A DNA stretch of 64,000 nucleotides from an uncultured Chlamydiaceae bacterium (GCA_963558895.1 CAUWIK010000004.1:32966-96965), one strand, 5' to 3'. Shown: positions 10,945-21,354, numbered from the stretch's first letter. Numbers and translations are program-made. Notes: generated by a model not told the origin, from the letters alone.

Positions 10945-11831
10945 AAAAAAGAACTCTAACTGTTGTTTGTTTATTTCTTTTTTTTAGCTTATCACTAACT
11001 TCTTGTTCTCAGCAAGAGGTAGTGAAAGAAATAAAAAATGAAGAAACTTCAGCTATACCTTCTCTAGAAGACACTCTTGAAAACAGTGAAACCGAAGAAG
11101 TAGTAGAAGATTCTTTAAATACATCTGAACAATTAGAAACAGAAACAGAAGTTGAAGAAGTTAAGCCTGAAGACCTTCAAGAAATTTCATATGCATTTGG
11201 TCATTTATTGGTACAACAGTTAAAAAGGGTTAATGTTCAATTTGATATTGCTTATATTGTTCAAGGAATGGAAGCCGGATTAGCAGGACAGCCTGCTCCT
11301 TTAACGGAAGAAGAATATGAAGAAAAGATGAATAAAATTCATGAGATTAGTTTTCGGCGTGCTGCAGCTAATAATTTGGTAGAAGCAGAAGAATTTTTAG
11401 AAAATAACAAACATAATGAAAATGTAATTGTTCTTTCAGAAAATAAATTGCAATATAAGATTATTCAGAATGGAGACGGCGAAGAAGTTTCTTTAGATTC
11501 CACTCCACGTATTTACTTTAAAGGAACTTTGTTAAATGGAGAAGTGTTTGGTTCTTCAGATAAGTTTCCAGAACCTGTAACCTTAGCTTTATGTCGAACT
11601 ATTCCTGGAGTTTCTCAAGGAATGTTAGGAATGAAAGTAGGAGAAAAACGAATTTTATATATTCATCCTGAGTTAGGGTATGGAGATGCGGATGGAATTC
11701 CTATCCCTCCAAATTCTTTACTTATTTTTGAAGTAGAGGTAGTTTCTATTCTAGATCAAGAAAATCAAGTATCTACGAATATTGATAGAGAAGTAGAAAA
11801 TTCTGAATCTTTAAAAGAAGAAGTTAGTTAG
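10941..11831 (+). CDS. mip: FKBP-type peptidyl-prolyl isomerase lipoprotein (Mip-like)
   Basis: Signal peptide with lipobox LTSC, an acidic linker, and a C-terminal FKBP domain (YFKGTLLNGEVFGSS, IPGVSQGMLGMKVGEKR, LIFEVEVVSI). Confidence 0.88.
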   Translation: MKKRTLTVVCLFLFFSLSLTSCSQQEVVKEIKNEETSAIPSLEDTLENSETEEVVEDSLNTSEQLETETEVEEVKPEDLQEISYAFGHLLVQQLKRVNVQFDIAYIVQGMEAGLAGQPAPLTEEEYEEKMNKIHEISFRRAAANNLVEAEEFLENNKHNENVIVLSENKLQYKIIQNGDGEEVSLDSTPRIYFKGTLLNGEVFGSSDKFPEPVTLALCRTIPGVSQGMLGMKVGEKRILYIHPELGYGDADGIPIPPNSLLIFEVEVVSILDQENQVSTNIDREVENSESLKEEVS

Positions 11832-11855
11832 AGAATAAGAGGAGAAATAGCTCTT

Positions 11856-12314
11856 GTGGTGAAGGTTATTTTATATCGTCCTGATATTCCGCAAAATACA
11901 GGAAATATAGCAAGAACATGTGTAGCCACTGGAGCTCATCTTATCCTTGTTCGTCCTTTAGGTTTTTCTTTATCTGATAAGTATATTAAGCGTTCAGGAA
12001 TGGATTACTGGCCGACAGTTAAACTTAGTATTTTAGATGATTTGGATAAGTTTTTAGAAGAAGAACAATCTAGGGAAGATGTTTTTTTTATTTCTACAAA
12101 GGGCAGAAAGACTTATTCTGATTGTATTTTTTCTAAGTCAAGCTGTCTGATTTTTGGATCAGAATCTCAGGGGTTAGATCAAAAATATTATGATTTTTGG
12201 GAAGATCGTTTAATAAGAATACCAATGTTGCCTAACATTCGTTCTTTGAATTTAGCTACTAGCGTTGGAATTGTTCTTTACGAAGTAGTCAGGCAAACAG
12301 AGCTAATAACTTAA
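11856..12314 (+). CDS. trmL: SpoU-family tRNA 2'-O-methyltransferase (TrmL-like)
   Basis: 152 aa with a GTG start. IPQNTGNIARTC and LIFGSESQGL...IPM...RSLNL motifs of the TrmL/YibK family. Confidence 0.85.
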   Translation: MVKVILYRPDIPQNTGNIARTCVATGAHLILVRPLGFSLSDKYIKRSGMDYWPTVKLSILDDLDKFLEEEQSREDVFFISTKGRKTYSDCIFSKSSCLIFGSESQGLDQKYYDFWEDRLIRIPMLPNIRSLNLATSVGIVLYEVVRQTELIT

Positions 12315-12623
12315 TTATAGATGTTCTTGAATCATAGCAAGTAAAAAATCCTTATCTTTGAGACCTACAGTTTTTTTTGCTTCTTTGCCATCTTTTAAAA
12401 GCACTAAAGTTGGAATAGAAGAAACTTCGTATTTTTGAGCTGTTTCAGGGCTTTCATCGATATTTACTTTAAAAATTGAGACCCCAGAAATTTCATTAGC
12501 TAATTCTTCAATAATGGGTGTTAACATACGACAAGGACCACACCATTCTGCAAAAAAATCTACTAAAACAAGGCCCTTTTCTACGTTAGATGCAAAATTA
12601 TCATCATTTAAAATTTTTACCAT
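12315..12623 (-). CDS. trxA: thioredoxin
   Basis: 102 aa with the WCGPC active site. Its stop codon is back-to-back with the trmL stop. Confidence 0.95.
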   Translation of the reverse strand: MVKILNDDNFASNVEKGLVLVDFFAEWCGPCRMLTPIIEELANEISGVSIFKVNIDESPETAQKYEVSSIPTLVLLKDGKEAKKTVGLKDKDFLLAMIQEHL

Positions 12624-12657
12624 AAATTGTTTACTCCAAATTATTTTTTACATTTTT

Positions 12658-12740
12658 TGCGATCAAGAAGACTCGAACTTCCAACAGATAATCTGACTAG
12701 AACCTGAATCTAGCGCGTCTACCATTTCCGCCATGATCGC
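12658..12740 (-). tRNA. tRNA-Leu (anticodon CAG), no encoded CCA
   Basis: Hand-folded cloverleaf. Acceptor GCGATCA/TGATCGC, anticodon stem CTAGA/TCTAG with loop TTCAGGT, long variable arm, T-loop GTTCGAGT. Confidence 0.85.
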
Positions 12741-12898
12741 ATAAACTAGGAGTTTAAAATAGATATTAGAAAAAAACAATAGACTTCGTACCGGGTTTAT
12801 TTAAAAGTAAATATGATAGGTAGTTATAGTGAAGATTATTGCTAACTAAATGCTTTTTAGTTACACTTGTTTATTTCATTGTTAGATCAAGGATTGGG

Positions 12899-13615
12899 AT
12901 GAATATTTCTGCAGATCTGAAAAAAAAGTTATTGAAATTTTTGAAAACTCAGAAAAACCCGGAATTACTTTCTGCTTATTTGTTTTGCGTAGAACAAAGT
13001 TTAAAATTGAATCCGGTTGTTTTTGTTAAAAATAAAATTGTTTATCAAACTCCAGAAGATGCTGTTCAGAAATTAGAATCTGAAGGAAAAATTTGGCGAG
13101 AAACAGAAATTAAAATAGGAATAGGCAAGCCTACAGTCAATGAAGACACTAAACGTATTTACATTTGTCCTTTTACAGGAAAGGTATTTGCAGATAATGT
13201 TTATGCTAATCCTTTAGATGCTATCTATGATTGGTTATCTAAATGTAAAGAGAATACAGAACGACAGGCTGGTGTTCCTGTAAAAAGGTTTTTAGTCTCT
13301 GATGATAAAGCAGTAATTAGAAATTATATGCAACCTGTTAAAGAACCTATAGTTAAGACTGTTTTTTCTTCTGTTATTTCAGGAAGACTTTTTGATAGTA
13401 GAGAATTTATTATAGAAGAATTTAAGAAAAATTATTTGAAATCTATGACCCTCGTTGAGGTTCAAAATCAAAATCGTTTTCAATTAGAAGATTCTTTCCT
13501 TATTTTGTTACAAGGTTTTCTTTTAGAAGAAAAAATTTCAGCTTTTGTTGAAGCTTTAGCAGAAGATTCAGCTTTTTACAATTATATTAGTAAATGGGTC
13601 GATATTACGGAATAA
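12899..13615 (+). CDS. conserved hypothetical protein
   Basis: The ORF track gives 12839 (TTG). The ATG at 12899 (MNISADLKKK) is more plausible. No motif recognised. It occupies the CT538-equivalent position. Confidence 0.65.
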   Translation: MNISADLKKKLLKFLKTQKNPELLSAYLFCVEQSLKLNPVVFVKNKIVYQTPEDAVQKLESEGKIWRETEIKIGIGKPTVNEDTKRIYICPFTGKVFADNVYANPLDAIYDWLSKCKENTERQAGVPVKRFLVSDDKAVIRNYMQPVKEPIVKTVFSSVISGRLFDSREFIIEEFKKNYLKSMTLVEVQNQNRFQLEDSFLILLQGFLLEEKISAFVEALAEDSAFYNYISKWVDITE

Positions 13616-14076
13616 CAATTTCTTCTGAAGAAACAATAGAATTGGGAAGAAAAATAGGAAATTTGCTTTTCCCTGGGGATTTTGTTTTTTGTTTGGGAGA
13701 GTTAGGAGTAGGAAAAACGGAATTAATTCGAGGCATAGTTCAAGGAGTTTGTGGGAAAGAAGTTTTACATTTTGTATCTAGTCCTTCATTTAATTATGTA
13801 AATGTGTATCAAGTTGGTGAAAAAATTGTTCATCACTTTGATTTATATAGAGTAGAAAATATTCAACAATTATCCCATTTGGGTTTAGAAGAAATGCTTT
13901 CTTTGGATTCAGTTTGTTGTATTGAGTGGCCTCAATTGCTTTGCGATATTGTAAAAGAAAATATTTTACGGATAGAATTGTTTTTTTGTCATGATTTTTC
14001 AAGAAAGATTGTGATAGATACACACTCATTTAGAAAAAATGCAGATCTAAGTCACATGTTTGAGATGGAAAAATGA
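13594..14076 (+). CDS. tsaE: tRNA t6A biosynthesis ATPase TsaE (YjeE)
   Basis: 160 aa with P-loop GELGVGKTELIRGI and the HFDLYR motif typical of TsaE. Confidence 0.85.
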   Translation: MGRYYGITISSEETIELGRKIGNLLFPGDFVFCLGELGVGKTELIRGIVQGVCGKEVLHFVSSPSFNYVNVYQVGEKIVHHFDLYRVENIQQLSHLGLEEMLSLDSVCCIEWPQLLCDIVKENILRIELFFCHDFSRKIVIDTHSFRKNADLSHMFEMEK

Positions 14077-14816
14077 AAAATATTGTTTTTACTTGTTTAG
14101 ACTGTGAAATGACGGGTCTTGATATAGAAAATGATCGTATTATAGAAATTGCTGCAGTAAAATTTACTCTTGAAAGAGAGTTAAATTCGTTTGAAACTTT
14201 AGTTAATCCAGGTAAGGCTATTTCTTTAGAATCTAAAAAAATTCATCATATTTCTGATGAAATGTTAGAAGGAAAACCTTTAATTAAAGACATACTTCCC
14301 AAGCTATCTGAATTTATAGGAAAAGATCCTATTATTGTTGGTCATAGTGTGAGTTGTGACTTAGATATGTTAATGCAGGAAGGAAAAAGAGTTGATCAAC
14401 CATTTACAACAAATAATTACACTATTATAGATACTTTACGTTTAGCTAAAGATTATGGAAATAGTCCGAATAATTCTTTAGAGTCTTTGTCATTACATTT
14501 TAATGTTCCTTTATTTGGAAGTCATAGGGCAATGAATGATGTTAGAGCTAATATTGGTGTTTTTAAACATTTAATTAAGAGGTATAAAAATTTAAATCAT
14601 ATTTTAGAAGTTTTATCTAAACCCATTAGAATAAAGCAAATGCCTTTAGGTAAACATAAGGGGAGGGCTTTTTCAGAAATACCATTATCTTATCTTCAGT
14701 GGGCTAAGAAGATGGATTTTGATGAAGATCTTTTATTTTCTATTCGACAAGAGTTAAAAAATAGGCAAAAAGGAACAAGTTTTACTCAATCAGGTAATCC
14801 TTTTTTTGATTTATGA
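14073..14816 (+). CDS. dnaQ: DEDDh 3'-5' exonuclease (DNA polymerase III epsilon-like) with C-terminal DUF3820-like tail
   Basis: ExoI CLDCEMTGLD, ExoII GHSVSCDLDML, ExoIII HRAMNDVRA. The tail MPLGKHKGRAFSEIPLSYLQWA resembles DUF3820. Confidence 0.85.
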   Translation: MKNIVFTCLDCEMTGLDIENDRIIEIAAVKFTLERELNSFETLVNPGKAISLESKKIHHISDEMLEGKPLIKDILPKLSEFIGKDPIIVGHSVSCDLDMLMQEGKRVDQPFTTNNYTIIDTLRLAKDYGNSPNNSLESLSLHFNVPLFGSHRAMNDVRANIGVFKHLIKRYKNLNHILEVLSKPIRIKQMPLGKHKGRAFSEIPLSYLQWAKKMDFDEDLLFSIRQELKNRQKGTSFTQSGNPFFDL

Positions 14817-14889
14817 TAAAATTGATTGAAAATTCATAAAAGCCTTTCTATAACTAGAAATTTTTAAGTTATTATTAAAAAGGATAAAC

Positions 14890-15363
14890 GTGAGAAAGAA
14901 AAAAACAGTTGTAGAAAGTGCTATTAGTGATTATGTATATAAAATTTTCCCTAATGATTTAAATTCCAATAATACAGTTTTTGGAGGTTTAGTTTTAAGC
15001 CTTTTAGATAGATTGTCATTAGTTGTAGCAGAAAGGCATTGTGAAAATGTGTGTGTAACAGCATTTATAGATGCTTTAAGTTTTTATCAACCTGCTTACA
15101 TGGGTGAGTTTTTGTTGTTTAAAGTGGCTGTTAATCAAACTTGGCATTCTTCTTTAGAAGTAGGAGCAAAAGTTTGGGCAGAAAATGTTCAACAACAAAA
15201 AAGGAGACATATAACATCTGCTTATTTTACTTTTGTTTCTTTAAAAAATAATCAACCTGTTCAAATCCCAGAAATTATTTTACAAACAGATGAAGAAAAA
15301 GAAAGAGGATTAAAAGCTAATAAGAGAAGAGAACAGAGAATTTTAATGTCTAAAAATTCATAA
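14890..15363 (+). CDS. acyl-CoA thioesterase (hotdog fold, YciA/VdlD-like)
   Basis: 157 aa with a GTG start preceded by AAGGA. The N..VFGG....LD and [13 protein letters not shown] pattern matches hotdog thioesterases. Confidence 0.8.
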   Translation: MRKKKTVVESAISDYVYKIFPNDLNSNNTVFGGLVLSLLDRLSLVVAERHCENVCVTAFIDALSFYQPAYMGEFLLFKVAVNQTWHSSLEVGAKVWAENVQQQKRRHITSAYFTFVSLKNNQPVQIPEIILQTDEEKERGLKANKRREQRILMSKNS

Positions 15364-15378
15364 ATCATTTTAATTATT

Positions 15379-17013
15379 ATGAGAAGTATTTTTACTTCGT
15401 TAATGTTATTAATATTATCTTGGTTAATAGCATTTTATTCTGCTGAGCCGATGTCTACTTTTTCTTTGATGAAAGTAGCTTTTACTTATGGCACATTCTT
15501 TTATGCTCTTTCATATTTTAAAGATACGTTTCAAAAAATATGTTTTTCTGGTGTTTGGTCTATAACACTTACTATGCATAATTTATCATGGCTTATTTCT
15601 GATACTTATATAGGTGGAGCAATTCGTTATTTGTGGATTTTTCTTTCAGTTCTTATAGGAATCCAATTTATTTTATTTGTAGTAATATTTTTTAAGTGTT
15701 TAGAAAGATTTTCTAGGAAAATTACTTTTATTTTAATGCCATTTTTTTGGGTTTTTTTAGAAAATATTCGGTATAAATATTTTTTTTGTGGATGTTCTTG
15801 GGATTTAATTGGTATAGCTCTTTCTTATCATAAATATTCTGTTTTACTAACTGGATTTTTAGGTGTTAGTGGGTTAAGTTTATTTACAATAGTAATAGCT
15901 TTATTTTGGTTTAATTGTTTAAAAGAAGTTCTTTGGAAGAACTTTATAATTTGGTGTTCTTTGTTTATATTTCCTTTTTTGTTAGGAGCGGGAATTTATA
16001 GTTATCATCAAAAACATCTTCAAAAAGAATCTGAAAATGTTATTTCTGTAGCTCTTATTCAGCCTAATTTTGTTCCTTTAAATCAAGGATTTGTTCTTGA
16101 AAAAGTAAAGAGTAGATGGGAAAAGATTATTTATTTATTTTCTTTAATCAATCAACCAGTAAATTTAATTGTATTACCAGAGACAATATTTCCTTATGGA
16201 GCAACAACTAAATTTTTTCCCACAGAAAAATTAAATAGTATTTTTGATAAGTATTTGCATATCACCCCATTTTTAAATAAAGATAATTTATCGCATTTAG
16301 AAATTCTGTCTGCGCTATCTCATCATTATAATTCAGATATTTTAGTAGGTTTGGAAAGAAAAGTTTTTTCCAAAAAAGATGAGAAAAAAAGTTATAATTC
16401 TGCTTTTTTGATAACTTGTAAGGGAAAGACTTCTTTTTATGATAAACGTTTATTAGTTCCCGTAGGGGAGTATTTCCCGGGGGGAAGTTTAGGTTATAAA
16501 ATATGTTCAAAGTATTTTGGAATTTATACTATTTCTCATGGGAAAAAACAGCTTCCTCTGTCTGGAGAATTTACACCTAAATTTGGAGTATCTATTTGTT
16601 ATGAAGAAACTTTTAGTTACATTTTACAAAAGTATAAACAGCAAAAAGCCAAATTTTTAGTTAATTTAACAAATGATGTATGGTATCCTAGGTCTAGGTT
16701 GCCTTATGAACATTTTATACATGGTCGTTTGAGAGGAATTGAATTAGGATTGCCTTATATAAGAGTATGTAATACAGGAGTAACAGGAGCTTGGGATGCT
16801 TTAGGGAATACTATAGGTTTTCTACCTTATGATTCTAAAAAAAATGAAGCTGTTGAAGGAATTATTTTTCTTAAGTTACCTTTATATAGTTATTCTACCT
16901 TCTATTCTTTAGTAGGAGATTCTTTATTAAATTGTTTTAGTGGTTTAGCTTTTTTTATGATTTTTGGATTAATTTTTTTTAAACCAAAACTATTCTTGAA
17001 AAAAACAATTTAA
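15379..17013 (+). CDS. lnt: apolipoprotein N-acyltransferase
   Basis: 544 aa. Multi-TM N-terminus followed by a CN-hydrolase domain with E (LPETIFP), K (YDKRLLVPVGEY) and C (SICYEETF). Confidence 0.87.
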   Translation: MRSIFTSLMLLILSWLIAFYSAEPMSTFSLMKVAFTYGTFFYALSYFKDTFQKICFSGVWSITLTMHNLSWLISDTYIGGAIRYLWIFLSVLIGIQFILFVVIFFKCLERFSRKITFILMPFFWVFLENIRYKYFFCGCSWDLIGIALSYHKYSVLLTGFLGVSGLSLFTIVIALFWFNCLKEVLWKNFIIWCSLFIFPFLLGAGIYSYHQKHLQKESENVISVALIQPNFVPLNQGFVLEKVKSRWEKIIYLFSLINQPVNLIVLPETIFPYGATTKFFPTEKLNSIFDKYLHITPFLNKDNLSHLEILSALSHHYNSDILVGLERKVFSKKDEKKSYNSAFLITCKGKTSFYDKRLLVPVGEYFPGGSLGYKICSKYFGIYTISHGKKQLPLSGEFTPKFGVSICYEETFSYILQKYKQQKAKFLVNLTNDVWYPRSRLPYEHFIHGRLRGIELGLPYIRVCNTGVTGAWDALGNTIGFLPYDSKKNEAVEGIIFLKLPLYSYSTFYSLVGDSLLNCFSGLAFFMIFGLIFFKPKLFLKKTI

Positions 17014-17045
17014 TTTATTAAATTAGCTTATTTCGAGGGTATTGG

Positions 17046-17897
17046 ATGAAAAGCCGTTGCCAAAAAACTTTAAAGGATGTTGTAACTTGTTCTGGTATTG
17101 GTATTCATTATGGAAAGACTTCAACTATTACCTTAAAACCAGCTCCAATTAATACTGGAAAGGTGTTTCAAAAAATAAATAAAGAAACTAATAAAGTAAT
17201 AAATATTCCTGCAAATTTAAATTATGTTTTAGATACATGTCGTAGTACAACTATAGGTGTAGATAGTGAAAAGATATCTACAATAGAACATTTAATGGCT
17301 GCTTTGAGTGCATATGAATTAGATAATGTTTTTATAGAAATTGATTCAGAAGAACTTCCTATTGGAGATGGTAGTGCTTTGTCTTTTGTTGAACTTATAG
17401 AAAGAGCAGGAATCATTGAACAGAAAGCTTTTATTGAACCATATAAGGTGAATCAGCCTGTTTTTTTTGAACATAATAAGAGTTTTTTGGCAGCTTTCCC
17501 ATCGGATGAATTTCGCATTAGTTATACTTTGCATTATCCTCATCAAAAAACTATTGGAACCCAGTATCATTCCATTATAGTTAATCAGGATTCTTTTAAA
17601 AATGAAGTGGCTAATTGTCGGACTTTTGCGATTTATGAAGAGCTTTGTTTTTTATTGGATCAAGGTTTAATTAAAGGCGGATGTTTAGAAAATGCACTTG
17701 TTTTTAAAGGAAATTGTGTGATAAGTCAAGATGGATTACGTTTTTTTAATGAGCCTGTTAGACATAAAATTTTGGATTTAATAGGAGATTTGGCTTTAAT
17801 TCAAAAGCCAATATTAGCACATATAGTTGCTATTGGATCAGGTCATTACTCAAATGTGTGTTTGGGAAAAAAAATATTAACAACGATATTTTCTTAA
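17046..17897 (+). CDS. lpxC: UDP-3-O-acyl-N-acetylglucosamine deacetylase
   Basis: 283 aa. GIGIHYGK, TIEHLMAAL, EPVRHKILDLIGDL and GSGHYSN motifs. Confidence 0.95.
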   Translation: MKSRCQKTLKDVVTCSGIGIHYGKTSTITLKPAPINTGKVFQKINKETNKVINIPANLNYVLDTCRSTTIGVDSEKISTIEHLMAALSAYELDNVFIEIDSEELPIGDGSALSFVELIERAGIIEQKAFIEPYKVNQPVFFEHNKSFLAAFPSDEFRISYTLHYPHQKTIGTQYHSIIVNQDSFKNEVANCRTFAIYEELCFLLDQGLIKGGCLENALVFKGNCVISQDGLRFFNEPVRHKILDLIGDLALIQKPILAHIVAIGSGHYSNVCLGKKILTTIFS

Positions 17898-17909
17898 TAG
17901 AGGTTTTTT

Positions 17910-18398
17910 GTGGTAGAAGTTAGTTTAGATCAAATTGATGAAAATCCAGCTATTTCTTTGCAAGGAATTTTAGAATTTTTACCTCATAGGTATCCATTTC
18001 TATTAGTGGATAAAGTTTTGTCTTTTGATATGAAAAAACAAACAATAGTAGCTCAAAAAAACGTTACAGTAAACGAACAGTTTTTTACGGGTCATTTTCC
18101 TAATTTGCCCATAATGCCAGGAGTATTAATATTAGAGGCTCTTGCTCAAACAGCAGGAATATTGTTTAGTATGATTTGTAAGGAAAATTGTTGGAAAAAT
18201 AAACTTGCTTTGTTTTTGAGCGTTCAGAAAGCAAAGTTTCGTCATCCAGCTAAACCGGGAGATGTACTTCGTTTATATTCGGAGATTTCAGTAGTTAATG
18301 TAAGAGGAGGTAGAGCAAAAGGTTTTGCTAAAATTGGTACAAAAATTGTAACAGAAGCGGAATATAGTTTTGCTCTTGTAGATAGGGAACAAATATAA
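17910..18398 (+). CDS. fabZ: 3-hydroxyacyl-ACP dehydratase
   Basis: 162 aa with a GTG start. [11 protein letters not shown] and [23 protein letters not shown]. Confidence 0.95.
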   Translation: MVEVSLDQIDENPAISLQGILEFLPHRYPFLLVDKVLSFDMKKQTIVAQKNVTVNEQFFTGHFPNLPIMPGVLILEALAQTAGILFSMICKENCWKNKLALFLSVQKAKFRHPAKPGDVLRLYSEISVVNVRGGRAKGFAKIGTKIVTEAEYSFALVDREQI

Positions 18399-18412
18399 AC
18401 ACTTGGAGATAT

Positions 18413-19222
18413 ATGACAACCATTCATTCTACAGCTATAGTAGAACCCAGCGTGCAGATAGGAAATAATGTAGTTATAGAACCTTTCTCAGTGATTAAAG
18501 GAAATGTTATTTTGCATGATAATGTTACTGTTAAATCTTATGCTTACATTGATGGTTATACGACAATTGGAGAAGGAACAATAATTTGGCCTTCTGTAAT
18601 GATTGGAAATAAATCTCAAGATTTAAAATTTAGAGGAGAAAAAACCTATGTCTCAATAGGGAAAAATTGTGAAATAAGAGAATTTACCACAATTACTTCT
18701 TCTACTGGAGAAGGAACTACTGTAAGAGTTGGAGATAATTGTTTAATTATGTCTTGTGTTCATATTGCTCATAACTGTGTCTTAGGAGACAATGTAATTA
18801 TGAGTAATAATGCTATGTTGGCAGGACATGTTATTGTAGAAGATTATGCTGTGATTGGTGGGGGTGTTGGAGTCCATCAGTTTGTGAGAATTGGATGTCA
18901 TGCAATGGTAGGTGGTATGAGCGGAGTTCATTTTGATATTCCTCCTTACACTATTGGTAATGGGTGTCCTTATGAAATAAGTGGTATTAATAGAAGAGGT
19001 CTTCAACGAAGAGGATTTTCTTTTCAAACAAGACAAGATTTAGCAAAAGCTTTTAAAGTTTTATATAGAGAAGGAAGATCTTTAAAAGATTCTTTACAAA
19101 TTTTAACAGAACAATTCTCTCATGTTTCGGAAGTGATGTATTTAGTAAATTTTTGTCAAAATTCGAAAAGGGGTATTTCTTTACGTTCTAAAGATTTTCA
19201 AAAGGATTTGATAACAGTTTGA
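18413..19222 (+). CDS. lpxA: acyl-ACP--UDP-N-acetylglucosamine O-acyltransferase
   Basis: 269 aa. Left-handed beta-helix hexapeptide repeats plus a C-terminal helical domain. Completes the lpxC-fabZ-lpxA operon context. Confidence 0.93.
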   Translation: MTTIHSTAIVEPSVQIGNNVVIEPFSVIKGNVILHDNVTVKSYAYIDGYTTIGEGTIIWPSVMIGNKSQDLKFRGEKTYVSIGKNCEIREFTTITSSTGEGTTVRVGDNCLIMSCVHIAHNCVLGDNVIMSNNAMLAGHVIVEDYAVIGGGVGVHQFVRIGCHAMVGGMSGVHFDIPPYTIGNGCPYEISGINRRGLQRRGFSFQTRQDLAKAFKVLYREGRSLKDSLQILTEQFSHVSEVMYLVNFCQNSKRGISLRSKDFQKDLITV

Positions 19223-19244
19223 TATTATTCGATCTTAATTAATT

Positions 19245-20189
19245 ATGAGTTTACGTGTTGTTTTTTTTGGTACACCTAACATTGCTGCGCAAGTATTAGA
19301 ATCTTTAATTATGTTTGGAATAAACATCGTAGGGGTTGTTTCTCGTGTTGATAAACCTCAAAAAAGATCTAAAGTTCCTCAGCCATCGCCGGTTAAACTT
19401 GTTGCTTTGAAACATAAAATACCTTTATTGCAACCTGTTAAAGCTAGTGATTTATCTTTTGCTGATGATTTACGTGCTTTTCAGGCAGATATTTTTATAG
19501 TAGTTGCTTACGGAGCTATTTTAAAAAAACATATTTTAGATATGCCAAAATTTGGCTGTATAAATTTACATGGAAGTCTGTTACCAAAATGGAGGGGTGC
19601 TGCTCCTGCTCAAAGAGCAATTATGAATGGAGATAAGCTAAGTGGAGTAACTATCATTCAAATGAATGAAGGCATGGATACCGGAGATATTTTAGGTGTT
19701 AGAGAAATTAGTATTTTGCCTGATATGACTTCTGGGGAACTTTTAGATGAAATGGCAAAAGTAGGAGCTCCTTTACTTGTTGAAATTTTGGATAGCATTG
19801 AACAAAAGACTATTAAGCCTATTTGTCAACCTGAAGAGGGTTCATTGGCTTCAAAAATTACTAAAGAAGATGGATTGATTAATTGGAATTTTTCTGCAGA
19901 ATATATTTATAATCAGATTAGAGGAGTAACTCCTGTTCCAGGAGCTTGGTGTTTTGTTTTTAATCATGCAGAGCATACTCAAAAGAGGATGCTAGTGAAA
20001 TCGGCTAGATTAGACTTTTCTAATAGAATTTTGTCTTTGGGTGAAGTTTTTATAGATAATGATATTGCTATTGTAGGATGTTTAAAAGGAAATATTGAAT
20101 TACGTATGGTTCAGTTAGAAGGAAAAAATGTTACAGTAGCTGGAAGAACCATCAAATCTTTATTTGATAAAGGATATTCTTTTTTATAG
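19245..20189 (+). CDS. fmt: methionyl-tRNA formyltransferase
   Basis: 314 aa. FFGTP, NLHGSLLPKWRGAAPAQRAI and MDTGDIL motifs. Confidence 0.95.
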   Translation: MSLRVVFFGTPNIAAQVLESLIMFGINIVGVVSRVDKPQKRSKVPQPSPVKLVALKHKIPLLQPVKASDLSFADDLRAFQADIFIVVAYGAILKKHILDMPKFGCINLHGSLLPKWRGAAPAQRAIMNGDKLSGVTIIQMNEGMDTGDILGVREISILPDMTSGELLDEMAKVGAPLLVEILDSIEQKTIKPICQPEEGSLASKITKEDGLINWNFSAEYIYNQIRGVTPVPGAWCFVFNHAEHTQKRMLVKSARLDFSNRILSLGEVFIDNDIAIVGCLKGNIELRMVQLEGKNVTVAGRTIKSLFDKGYSFL

Positions 20190-20307
20190 AAAGCTTTTTT
20201 AAAATAATTTATTTATATTTTAGTAAATTATTAATTAATAAGGTAATGAATTATTATTTCTTTTTTTTTAAAATATGCTTTAGTAATTAAAAGAGGGCTT
20301 TTTAATT

Positions 20308-21261
20308 ATGAGTAGCAGTATATTTTCTTTAGCTCCTCGTAGTGCAGTTTTATTTAGGCTTGTTCAACCTGAAATAAAACCTAAAAGTATGAATTTTGTT
20401 AAGCAGTTTTTTTGCAATAAAAAGAATCATTTAGCTAGATATACCAGATTAACTAGTGGAGTAGATAAAACCTTAAAATTTACGATATCTACCTTAGATC
20501 TTTCTAAAAAATTAACTAATAGATTTGATCCAGAATCATCTTCTCTTCCTGGTTTATCGGCAGCTTATACTGGATTTAAAGATGCAAGAAGTGTACTAGG
20601 TTTGTTCAATGTTTTTCAAGGTTCTATTCCAGGTATGGTTGCATCTGTAAAAACGTGTCATAAGTTAATTAAAGATATTCGTGAAGAGCAAGAAGCTACT
20701 TCATTGATACCTGCATCTCTTGTTACTAGTTTTGAGTTTTCTCCAAAACAAGCTTATAATGAAATAGCTTTAGGTAGAAAACAACAAGTAACAAAGGTTG
20801 TTGAAAATATTTGTAGCTTTTTGGGAGCGGGAACTTATACTGTTACTTTTGGTGCTTTAAGGCCTCTTATGTTGGCAAATCACTATGGGCGTTTTTGTTC
20901 CTCAGCTCAAATGCAATCAGTAGGTCTATCAGCTGATGCTTTAATGTGTGCTAGCCATATAGCTGGTATTGGATCAAGTGTGTGTAGTTTAATGTTTGAA
21001 CAAACAGCTTATATGCAAGCTAGACAAGCATTAACATTTTCTTCAGAAAGAAGAGAAAACGACAGTGCAATATTAAAAGAACAACATAGAGGTGCTGTTG
21101 TTGCTTCTAGCATTAGTTTAGTAGAAAAATTATTGGATTTGGCTTGCGATATATTAAAATTAGTTCCTGCTTGTGTCCAAGCTGTACCTGGAGAAGTTAG
21201 AGCCGGGCTTGGTATGCTTATTGGATTATTGGGTATGTATAAAGTTTGGAGATCAAGTTAA
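20308..21261 (+). CDS. hypothetical membrane-associated protein at the Cap1 (CT529) syntenic position; candidate secreted or inclusion-membrane protein
   Basis: 317 aa with no enzyme motif. Three hydrophobic stretches (FLGAGTYTVTFGALRPLMLA, ADALMCASHIAGIGSSVCSLMF, AGLGMLIGLLGMYKVW). Flanked by AT-rich spacers and followed by a clear terminator. The function is a positional guess only. Confidence 0.65.
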   Translation: MSSSIFSLAPRSAVLFRLVQPEIKPKSMNFVKQFFCNKKNHLARYTRLTSGVDKTLKFTISTLDLSKKLTNRFDPESSSLPGLSAAYTGFKDARSVLGLFNVFQGSIPGMVASVKTCHKLIKDIREEQEATSLIPASLVTSFEFSPKQAYNEIALGRKQQVTKVVENICSFLGAGTYTVTFGALRPLMLANHYGRFCSSAQMQSVGLSADALMCASHIAGIGSSVCSLMFEQTAYMQARQALTFSSERRENDSAILKEQHRGAVVASSISLVEKLLDLACDILKLVPACVQAVPGEVRAGLGMLIGLLGMYKVWRSS

Positions 21262-21283
21262 GAACTATAAGAATTTAATTATT

Positions 21284-21316
21284 AAAAAAAGAAGAGGGGA
21301 AAACCCTCTTTTTTTG
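21284..21316. terminator. intrinsic terminator (A-tract / hairpin / T-tract, potentially bidirectional)
   Basis: AAAAAAA, then stem AAGAGGG (21292-21298), loop GAAAA, stem CCCTCTT (21304-21310), then TTTTT. Confidence 0.6.
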
Positions 21317-21354
21317 TTTAATTTTCTTTTGAATTATTTAAATATCTTTTCTTA

